Below are positions 54,120 to 64,000 of a stretch of 64,000 nt of DNA, piece after piece. The stretch is from Lytechinus pictus (Eukaryota): positions 19,780,001 through 19,844,000 of the forward strand of contig NC_087252.1 in the NCBI RefSeq assembly GCF_037042905.1, written 5' to 3'. The translations under genes and the position numbers were made by a program. Below the pieces are notes generated by a model. The model saw only the letters and a program-made list of their open reading frames with translations. It had not been told where the DNA came from and did no database searches. Position 1 is the stretch's first letter. Each line of letters begins with the position of its first letter.

Positions 54120-57100
54120 TTCAATCAATCTCGGGATATTCAGTATATTTCAAAATCTGGTGAGAAAACTCTGCATAGATTACCTGATCCTCATCAAAGA
54201 GCCAAGGATACTTCAGTTGGTCATCAGTGATCCTTGGCCGAGGGACAGAATTTATGATCCATGCCCTTCTGTCTGCCAGTGTCTTCTGCATGCAGAACTC
54301 AACTCTCTTGAAGTCTGGCTGCCTTTTTTTCAGTGCTCATCCACTCTATGTGCCTTGCAACAGTGTCAGATTTGGAAAGAATAAAAAATTATACTTAAAA
54401 AAAGAAAAAACAAATAGATTTAGAATCCTCATTCATTTAGTTTCTGTCAAATCACTTTTCATCCGAGTCCTTAATAGATATTTACAGCAAATTTTACTAT
54501 AATAGCAAGTTTTATGCAACGACACGCCAGTCTTGTTGCCAAAGACAAGAACAGAAAAGCTCCACTTGGTCACACTTTGCGACTATCTGTCACAAACACA
54601 ATGTACCAGTTAACATTTGGTGAAAGACCATAGCAGAACCATATACATGCGAATTAGACTAAAAAATTAACTTTAGGTAAAATCTAACAGAGAAATGCAT
54701 TACAAAATGTCACAACAATGTAGCCACTGTAAGATTCCTCCATCAATAGTGATACTCAAACATTAGTAAGTTATAATGCAAGAAATATTCTCATATTTTA
54801 TGCATTTACTCACATTTACTTAATTCATCAACTCTTAAGGTGCCCCATACACGTTTAAAGCGTTTTTACTGGCCAAGTTCTAATCCTCTTTAATAATCCT
54901 TCTGGTTGAGTCTCATATATAACTATGTCATGTGAAAAAGAGAAATGCCTTTAAGTTTGGCCATTATCAAGTAATATATTTATCTAGAAGGATGAATCAA
55001 TTGCCAAAGAAATTAAATGGCATGCACTTGGGCAAGACTATGGCACATTGAGAGTTAATTGGGGTTTCTGTTTGGTACCACATACTTACTCTCCACCATT
55101 CACCAGTTGCTGTGCACCGAGGACCACAGGTAGTTTGTAATTTTTACTCTCAATGGCCCTGTCACAAGTTCGTCCTCTTCCATGTCTGCAAAATCGTAGA
55201 ATTTGTCTTGCCATGTCTACAGGAAAAATATCTTCTTCTTTCACTCCAAATGTTGTGCACACCACCCTAAGCAGCTCCTGTTTTGAGGTCTCCTCTGACT
55301 TGTTGGTTACCAACACCCTTCTTTGATTTAGGCCATATATCAATAAAAATTTGTACCTGGAATGAAAAGTAATTGATTTTCTTACTAAACCTGAATTTTG
55401 AATAAATAATGTATGCAAAGAGCTTTCAGGATAAATGTGTGTAATCAAAAGATATTGCATGTACATGGACACAAATATTCAGTTTTTGCCTCGATGCAAG
55501 AGGCAAACAAGACATATTCCAATGTTTGTCTGGGTTTGGTGATACATATTCCATTCATTTATCTTTTTTTCTAGTATTAGTTTCCTGTCTTCGAATATTA
55601 GTAAAATTGAAGGGATGGTCCAGGCTGGAAATATTTATATCTCAATAAATAGAAGAAAATTTACAAAGCAAAATGCTAAAAATTTAATCAAAATCGAATA
55701 ACAAATAAAGTTTTTGAATTTCAAATGATATTATTCCGGTGAAACAGTTCTAGGCATGTCTTTATGAATATTCATTAGGTTGGCTGGTGATGTCATATCC
55801 CCACTTGTTCTTTTGTGTTTTATTATGTGAAATTTGGTTTAATAAAAAAAATTGCTACCAAGAACTAAAACAATTGGATTGACAACTGATTAAGTGGACT
55901 AGTTATTTATTGCCTCAACTTATTTCATCATAATGGAGACACATCATTTACACATGTATGAAAAAATGAAACATTTACGATGTCATGTAATGACATAAGA
56001 AAAAATTGAGATGTGACATCATCAGCCCACCTATAATATTCATGATGATGTGCATATTCCAAAAAATATTGAAAAACTTTGAAAATCAATAACTTTGTTA
56101 TTTGATATCCAAGTTTGATGAAATTTTCAGCATTTTACTCTGTGAATTTTACTCCATTTATATACTTTTAGATAAAAATATTTTCAGCCTGGACCATCCC
56201 TTTAACTTCCCGCTACCAGGAAAGAAAATTGTATTGTAGTCTATTAAAAATTTTGATTTGAAATTAAAATACAGTACTATTACGACACAACGGTCCAGCG
56301 ATGGTATTTCCATTTTTCATCACATGAAATTTCATTCATTTCATAATAACCAACCATACTTAAAATTCATACAAATTTCAGACAATACACTATTAGTGAC
56401 ACATATGGAACAACACTTCCTAAATTAATAACTTAACCCATTTGTGACGAAATTCCACATTACGTGGTTTGGCCTCGGATTTTTCATGAATAGTTGTAGG
56501 GCCTATATATGAAAATACCAAGGAGACTCGAAAGTAAACACTAGAACTATTGGCATTACTTTTCTTTTGGTAACAATCATCGCCGCTATGGCTAGGGAAA
56601 TGCGCATATCTTTCAGTTGTGTACAACTGTGTAGATCTACTATCGTAATGTGTATGCATGCTGTAGAAATCGTCGAAACAAGGAGCCAGCCACGTTCCCA
56701 CAACCACACTCTGAACTTACAAAAAAAAAACAGATTTTCACATGGAAAAACATATACAGACATATGAATTGTACTCCCGCTTAAAAATAAAGGATTTATT
56801 AAAACATACTACTTTGCAGCTAGCTGATCCATTGATCAAGTATTACTAATTAAATGAGGACTAATTAACCCGCAGTAGCAGAGTCTGTAGCCTAGGCCTA
56901 GGCTAGAGACTAGACCCATAAAAAAAAAAGAATACAGATCAGTGGACTGAATGCTGTTGCCGTTCAAAAGTATAACATTAATTAGGACCACCGACACCGT
57001 ACTCTAACCGTTAACGTAAACTTTAAAAAGTTAATATATAGATCTAGATCTAGACCCTAGTCGATAGTCTAACGTTAATTAAGCCAGTAGTAGGAGATCT

Positions 57101-57686
57101 AGTACAAAATTTTTCTTCATACTCGATGGCAGCCAACAAGTTTTTTTTTCAGGTAGGCCAAGCGCTAGCCTAAGTTAGGCCTAGGCTAGGGCCGGGACTA
57201 GGCTACGAGTACGACGTGTTCCACCATAATAATAAATCTAGTCCAAAGGGCAAAGGCAAAGTCCAAGGCAAGCTCAAGCCTATAATATATAGGCCTAGGC
57301 CTAGCATAAATAACTTTTAGGCCCTAGCCTACATGTAGCCAGCCCCAATGCCTGGCTTCAACTTCAAGTTGAAGTCAGAATACATTTCTAGACCCATGCA
57401 ACACTCCTAATCAAAATAAATGCAGCAACATTACAGACTAAGCCTAGGCAAACTCTTGAAATAATCCACTGCACTGACAGTGACACTGCCTGCTGCAGAG
57501 TGCAGTACAGTACGGTACTAGTACTAGGGCTTGGTACGGTACGCGCACAATCCGCCGAGTGTTCAATTTCCGAGTCATGCAAGGCCAAGGAGGTGCCAGG
57601 AGTGGACTAATTCACGAGAATGCCCAACAGATTACTGATTAGATAAGCTTACTTACCGTTATATAACTATCTCCTGACAGTTCCAT
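54120..57686 (-). pseudogene. Decayed spliced ORF of the CMC-like element, SAMD3-like accessory protein (exons ~57686-57657, 55356-55090, 54371-54184 or reading on to ~54120)
   Basis: ccag|G YKFLLIYGLNQRRVLV...NGGE|gtaagt joins in phase to SDTVARHIEWMSTEK(fs)RQPDFKRVEFCMQKTLADRRAWIINSVPRPRITDDQLKYPWLFDEDQ(VIYAEF). Acceptor is AA instead of AG, and there is a frameshift in an A7 run. Confidence 0.65.
55611..56201. mobile_element. Kolobok-like MITE
   Basis: TTGA|AGGGATGGTCCAGGCTG...CAGCCTGGACCATCCCT|TTAA. Confidence 0.8.
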
Positions 57687-58270
57687 AATTTGTCTGTTCT
57701 CCTATAGTTTCAGTTAAAAAATTAGTTGAATGCAGTTAATTGCCTGAATTTCATGAACTTGAAGCTTAGCTAGCCCTTGGCCTTCGAAGCATTAAGCTGA
57801 TTGTATCTGCACGGCGTACGTGTGTACGTGCATTTGTCTATGGTACATGGTGTGTATAGCATACATGTGCGGGTTGTGCGTTACACATGTGGTACTCGGT
57901 GGTACTAGTACATCGACGCGCATAAAAAAAAAGGCGCGAAAATGAGCGGGAGGGGTGGGGGGGGGGGGGCAGGCGGGGAATGCGCGAAATTCGTGTTGAA
58001 CACAATTATAAAGTAGACAGGTTCAAAATGACAAATGATATATATGTACGTATAGACAGACAATGTTTAGTGACTGGGCAGACATATTTTGAAATTATAC
58101 AAAAAGATAATATAGTCCTATTAAAAAAAAAAAAAAACACCAGCGGCCACGGCCCCCGGCCCGACTACCTTCAAGATCAACAACAACGGCCCTGCTTAGT
58201 TAGTAATTCAGGTCGCAGGCCTTTATAATTTTAGTCATGCCTTTGGATGGCCGAAAGTTAGTCGTACAAC

Positions 58271-58335
58271 CAGTGGCGTACCTAGGATTTTCCACAGGGG
58301 GGGGGGGGGCAAAACCGTCCGCCAAAAAATTGACA

Positions 58336-58396
<61 letters not shown>

Positions 58397-58629
58397 TCTT
58401 CAATCACAAATATAGGATTTCGTACCAGAAAAAAAATTGACAAGCAAAAAAAAAAAAAAGGTCTTCAGGCTTGTCAGGGGGCAATAAAGGTCTTCAAGCT
58501 CGTCAGGGGGGGCAAAAAAGGGTCTTTCAAGCTCGTCAGGGGGGGCAGGGATACGTACTTTGCATGGGTTGGGACTCGTCAGGGGGGGCAGACTGCCCCC
58601 CTGCCCCCCCCCCCGTAGGTACACTAGTG
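58271..58629. mobile_element. hAT-like MITE
   Basis: 8-bp TSD CGTACAAC; CAGTGGCGTACCTA ... TAGGTACACTAGTG. Confidence 0.85.
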
Positions 58630-58791
58630 CGTACAACATTATGAGGTGCACGTATGCCTCATTTAGTCAGAAACCACAAATGGTGTTAGTCAAGCCTGTC
58701 TTTTTACGAAATACGAGTAATGAAAAACCTTCGTTAGTCCACAGCTGAGTTAGTCGTGACAAGCTTTATAGGCCCAGACTAACAAAGTTAG

Positions 58792-60640
58792 TACCTTGGT
58801 AAAACGGGAATTTAATCATGGTTTTGTAACCAATGTTTTTACACTTTCATTTAACCACGGTTAAAACCATGGTTATATAACAATCATTTTCAAACTATCA
58901 TAAAACCATGGTTAAAATCATGGTGTATAACCGTCGTTTCGAACCTTGGTAAAACGCAAATTTAACCATGGTTTTGTAACCACTGTTTTTACACTTTCAT
59001 TAAACCACGGTTAAAACCATGGTTATATAACCATCATTTTCAAACTATCTTAAAACCATGGTTAAAATCATGGTTTATAACCGTCGTTTTCAACCTTGCT
59101 AAGACGAATGTTTAACCATGGTTTTGTAACCACTGTTTTGACACTTTCATTAAACCACGGTTCAAACCATGGTTATATAACCATAATTTTCAAACTATCA
59201 TAAAACCATGGTTAAAATCATGGTGTATAACCGTCGTTTTCAACCATGGTAAAACGGAAATTTAACCATGGTATTGTAACCACTGTTTTTACACTTTCAT
59301 AAAACCATGGTTAAAACCATGGTAATATAACCATAATTTTCAAACTATTATAAAACCATGGTTAAAATCATGGTGTATAACCATCGTCTTCAACCATGGT
59401 AAAACGGAAATTTAACCATGGTATTAATTGTAACCACTGTTTTTACACTTTCATTGAACCACGGATAAAACCATGGTTATATAACAATCATTTTCAAACT
59501 ATCTTAAAACCATGGTTAAAATCATGGTGTATAACCGTCGTTTTCAACCTTGGTAAAACGGAAATTTAACCATGGTTTTGTAACCACTGTTTTTACACTT
59601 TCATAAAACCATGGTTAAAACCATGGTTATATAACAATCATTTTCAAACTATTATAAAACCATGGTTAAAATCATGGTGTATAACCATCGTCTTCAACCA
59701 TGGTAAAACGGAAATTTAACCATGGTATTAATTGTAACCACTGTTTTTACACTTTCATTGAACCACGGATAAAACCATGGTTATATAACAATCATTTTCA
59801 AACTATCATAAAACCATGGTTAAAATCATGGTGTATAACCGTCGTTTTCAACCTTGGTAAAACGGAAATTTAACCATGATTTTGTAACCACTGTTTTTAC
59901 ACTTTCATTAAACCACGGTTAAAACCATAATTATATAACCATCATTTTCAAACTATCATAAAACCATGGTTAAAATCATGGTGTATAACCGTCGTTTTCA
60001 ACCATGGTAAAACGGAAATTTAACCATGGTATTGTAACCACTGTTTTTACACTCTCATTAAACCACGGTTAAAACCATGGTTATATAACCATCATTTTCA
60101 AACTATCTTAAAACCATGGTTAAAATCATGGTGTATAACCGTCGTTTTCAACCTTGGTAAAACGGAATTTTAACCATGGTATTATAAATACTGTTTTTAT
60201 GCTATCATAAAACCATGGTTTAAATCATGGTTTTATAACATTGATTTCCAACCTTAGTAGAACGGGAGTTAAACCAAGGTTTCCTAACCATTGTTTTTAT
60301 ACTACTGTGAAACCATGGTTACAACCATGGTTAAATTACTATGGTTTTTTTCACCAAAGTAGAACGATGATTTTGTCATGGTTTTATAACTATTGTTTTT
60401 TAACTTTCTTAAAACTGTGGTATAATGATAGTTTTTATAACCATGGTTTTAAAATCGTCATAAAATGACATTTTTATCATGTTATTATAACTATGGTATT
60501 TTAACAATGGTATTACCACACTTCCGCCACACATTTACCTTGGTTATGAATTTAAAACCATGGACTACCATCGATCCATTGTAAAACCGCCCCTAACCAT
60601 GGTTATACCATGATTACGGTTGTAAAACCATGGTTTTTTT
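58792..60640. repeat. Right subterminal AACCATGGTT-rich array, ~150-bp period (~9-10 units, then degenerate)
   Basis: aaccttggtaaaacggaaatttaaccatgg-type starts at ~58792, 58942, 59092, 59242, 59392 and onward. Confidence 0.92.
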
Positions 60641-61777
60641 TTATAAGGGAATCTGAGCTGTGAAAAAGTGTGATCGTCCCGGAGCGAAAACAGCTTGAGC
60701 AAGGTGCAGCCAATCAGCGACCTTCTTATGTCCCCTTCGAGACAGAGGAGACGAAATGATTTTATGTCAAAAAGACTCAAAACACAAAATCATTTCGTCG
60801 ACGAAATTTTTTTGTCTTTTGACACGAAATAATTTCGTCGACGAAATTATTTTTTTGTGTTTTGACACAAAATCATTTCGTCGACGAAATTTTTTTGTGT
60901 TTTGACACAAAATCATTTTGTCAACGAAATTTTTTTGTGGTTTTGACACAAAATGATTTCGTCGACGGAATAGATTTTCGCATCGCAACGAAATAAATTT
61001 TGTGGACGCAATTACATTTAGTCTCGACGAAAATTGATTTTGTGTGACAAAAAATAATTTCGTATACGAAATAAAACTGCGTCATGACGAAATGATTTTC
61101 ATATGAACAAAAACACATTTTGTGTACGGAATTGCGTGAATTGGACGGAATTTACCATCGGACATTTGGTGCGCCATTTCGTTTGATAAAAATTCATTTC
61201 GTATGGCACGCCAAATAAACTTTGTGGACGCAATTACATTTCGTCTAGACGAAATTGATTTCGTGCATTTCGTCGAGACGAAATTGATTTTGTGTGACAA
61301 AAAATAAATTTTGTGTACGAAATAAAAAAGCGTCATGACGAAATGATTTTCGTCTGAATAAAAACACATTTTGTGTACGGAATGCCGTGATTTGGGCGGA
61401 ATTCACTGGCGGACACTTGGCGCCCCATATGGTATACCCATGGAGATGTGATGATTATGCAGGTGTGCAGGAAGGGTCATATTATCCGGTCATCAGAGGG
61501 ATGGGTCAGGCGGTCCATGTGATTATGCTCGCAAGCAAATCGAAAAAGATCCTTTGTTCTATTGCAGAATGGAGAGGAAATGAGAAATTGGATGAGGGCA
61601 GCAGATATAATCATTGTCTGAATAGCTCATACAACCATAGAAAGGAGCGAGGTACGTGCACGTGTGTGTGGGTGTGCGTATGTGGGTGAGGGTGTACGTG
61701 TGTGTGTGTGTGAGAGAGAGAAAGATCGAGAGGGAGGTGGAAGAGCTAGAGGGGCTGTTTAGAAAATGAGCGCGTGA

Positions 61778-62033
61778 CAGGGGCGGAAATCTCTCCCAAA
61801 AGGTAGGGGGGACAAGGGGCTGGAAAATTTGACAAGCAAAAAAAAAAGGTTATCACCCCAAACTTAAGGTCATATCTCGTCCTAAAATACATGTTTTGTT
61901 TCGATTTTGAATGATGTATTTCTTACCATAAAAAAAGACCACAAATAGTAGGAGGGACGTTTGATATTGTGTCCCCCTACTATTTTGAGTAGGAAGGACA
62001 CGTCCCCTGTCCCCCCTGGGATTTCCGCCCATG
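61778..62033. mobile_element. hAT-like MITE
   Basis: CAGGGGCGGAAATC ... GATTTCCGCCCATG; TSD GCGCGTGA / GCGTGTGA. Confidence 0.8.
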
Positions 62034-62199
62034 GCGTGTGAGGATGTATTTCCTGCCTCATAGAGAAGTAAATTCAACACGAATTAACGTAGGTTTACGC
62101 ACAAATACCAATACAAAGCCCGTTTTCAAATCTGAATATTTAAAACACAAGACAATGCAATAATTAAAGTATATATTTTCACCCCCCCCCCCGATTATG

Positions 62200-62880
62200 G
62201 ACATCCCTCGTGTGAACACCCGATCAATCCTATCGTCTATAATGTATCGCGAACCCTACTCAAATGAACACCCCAGCCCAGCTAGTAGGTATGGCCTAAC
62301 ACCCCCTTGTATAGCCTTATATCTAACCTCGTTCAAATTTGCTCAACGGCGGCCGCACGGCAAGTCGAAAACAGCCCTTTTAACAATTTTTTGTACCAGC
62401 TACATAATAGGTGGTTTGAAATAAAATTGATAAAACGGCTGTCTTCGATTCGCCTTACGGCCGCCGTAGAGCAAATGTGACCGAGTCATTAACGTCTATG
62501 CAAATCGCGAACTCTAACTCGTGTGAACATTCCCAGCCAATCGCATATCATACATCGCGGATCCCCATGTGTGAACACTCCATCCTACTGTCTATTCTGT
62601 ATTGTGAACCCTCCTTAATTGTGTGAAAACGGAGCCTATCGTGTTTCATAAATATTGTGAGCCCTACTCGTGTGAACACTCCAGCTACCATGACCCTCCT
62701 CGTCTGAATACTCCAGTCTATTTTCATTCAAGTATCGTGAATCCTTCTCATGTGTACACCCCCAGCCTATCGCCTACATGTATCATATATCACAAATCCT
62801 CCCCATGTAAACATCACCAACCTATTTATCGAATATCATCGTATCGTGAATCATTCTCGTGTGAACACCACAGCCTCTGT
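62200..62880. repeat. Degenerate ~40-50-bp minisatellite (cgtgtgaacac..ccagcctat..atcgtgaaccc)
   Basis: gtgtgaacac-type motif recurs at ~62210, 62521, 62570, 62670, 62752 and 62859. Confidence 0.6.
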
Positions 62881-63649
62881 CGCTCAACAGGAAGGGAAGT
62901 CCCCCTTATCCGATCGTGCTCATGACTCGTCGTGGTTGACAGTCACACCAAATAACCGACTCCAAACGGACCGATGTCGAGTCATTCGGATTAACGTAAT
63001 AGATGTGATCGGTCACTAATCGATTTCATTGGAGTGACTGCTACGTAAGACACCACGCAGACCTAAATAATATAATTGCGAATCTCGAGGCACAAAAGTT
63101 GAAACTTTCGTGTACTGAGGGGAATGTGTTGAAAACTGCCGTGCAGGAAGAGCGAGTTTGAGATCGATTTTGGAGTATCCCTATATCTTGTCCAATGGGT
63201 AAGTCTATTTCGTTTTCTTAAATATGAAATGTAATAGGATGTTTTGCAGGAGTATCCTTTACAAGAACTCAAATAATATTTTAGAAGAAACCAAATAACC
63301 TTCTCATTTAAATCTTCAAGGCTGCTAACGTGAAATAATTTTCAATATGCACTTTATAGGGCTACTGTAAAAGGTCGCGAAGTCACAAGAAAATAATAGC
63401 ATAGAAAAGGTACACATCTTTCCAGCCCTCTAGTATAGGCCAATTCTAACTAAAAATATTTTGCCTTTAATTTCAATGTGAAGAAAAACCTAGGGTTCAT
63501 AGCGTGGCTACTTAGCTTGTTACTTCTCTTCCACCTAGATTTACGGTGTTCTTGCCAACTTAGATAAGCCTACCAGGTCAAGCTCTTCACTGTAATCCAA
63601 ATACCCTAACTCAGTTATTATAATAATGATAATAATAATAATGATACAA

Positions 63650-63836
63650 ATTAATGAAAATTTAAAGCATTTAAAAGGCGCCGATTATCTAGTTGCCTAT
63701 TCAATGGCGCAATATACATGTATCATGTGTATATTACCCCGGCTTTACCTCCAGCTGCTGAAGGTGCTTGGTGCATTCAAGGAATTAATCCTGCCCGGTA
63801 CCCATTCACCTCACCTGGGTTAAGTGCAGCACAATG
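63650..63836 (-). mobile_element. 5'-truncated SINE fragment (family of 7934-8190)
   Basis: ggtacccattcacctcacctgggttaagtgcagcacaatg is the reverse complement of the SINE core. Confidence 0.65.
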
Positions 63837-64000
63837 TTCAAGTTTCAAGCATTCCCATGTTCAAGTTTTTATGGGGCATGCCCAATCTTTATCATGGTTT
63901 TAGGTTTTTCTCAATTTTTTTATACATATCAATCCATTTTAATAATGAAATTTAATCGACTGTAACATACATGCAAGCCAATGTTTTCTCAGATCATTGT

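Larger units (their letters stand above)
48222..60649. mobile_element. 12.4 kb CACTA/EnSpm (CMC)-like element nested in the right arm
   Basis: AA|CCCTTGTAAAAAAAAACCATGGTTT ... AAACCATGGTTTTTTTTTATAAGGG|AA. Removing it restores the exact mirror of the left arm (ccaacatgccAAtctgagctg). Confidence 0.88.
24859..61429. mobile_element. Giant (~36.6 kb) foldback/inverted-repeat DNA element; termini and TSD fit IS3EU-type transposons
   Basis: TGGTAT|TATGGGGCGCCAAGTGTCCGCC ... GGCGGACACTTGGCGCCCCATA|TGGTAT. 24859-25638 mirrors 60650-61429; 25637-~28090 mirrors ~43815-48221; ~30575-35790 mirrors ~38040-42750. Confidence 0.85.

Noticed and set aside
58339..58394. Poly-Lys/poly-Phe ORFs or retrocopy poly(A) tail
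   Set aside because: Expanded A-run inside a hAT-like MITE with an 8-bp TSD.
58792..60250. CRISPR-like regular array
   Set aside because: Whole units repeat with no unique spacers; eukaryotic transposon subterminus.
24859..61429. Polinton/Maverick (6-bp TSD, long TIRs, large size)
   Set aside because: No AG/AGT-type termini and no polB, integrase, ATPase or capsid ORFs.
24859..61429. Palindromic-read assembly artefact
   Set aside because: Arms differ by independent insertions with clean empty sites and the unit is bounded by a TSD. A haplotype mis-join is less likely but still needs a read check.
61568..61651. Possible 84-nt exon (ttgcag|...GAG|gtacgt)
   Set aside because: Splice-like signals only; no recognisable protein or partner exons.

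Overview
AT-rich, repeat-dense animal genomic DNA. The repeat landscape suggests a marine invertebrate such as a sea urchin, which is inference only. Bases 820-11994 hold the last nine exons of an intact + strand receptor tyrosine kinase (TM helix, FGFR/RET/Tie-like kinase domain, C-terminal PDZ-type motif). Its introns contain a dead duplicate of the catalytic-loop exon and tandem copies of a splice donor. Bases 12-24.8 kb are probable UTR/intergenic DNA with SINEs and MITEs. The dominant structure is a ~36.6 kb foldback element (24859-61429) with TATGGGG...CCCCATA ends, a perfect 6-bp target-site duplication (TGGTAT) and >10 kb inverted arms. Each arm carries an inward-facing, spliced, inactivated THAP zinc-finger gene. 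The right arm is split by a 12.4 kb CACTA/EnSpm(CMC)-like element (48222-60649; CCCTT...AAGGG, AA TSD) with satellite-like subterminal arrays and a decayed SAMD3-like ORF. I could not find an intact transposase in the window. Family names come from terminus/TSD rules and remembered motifs, not database searches.
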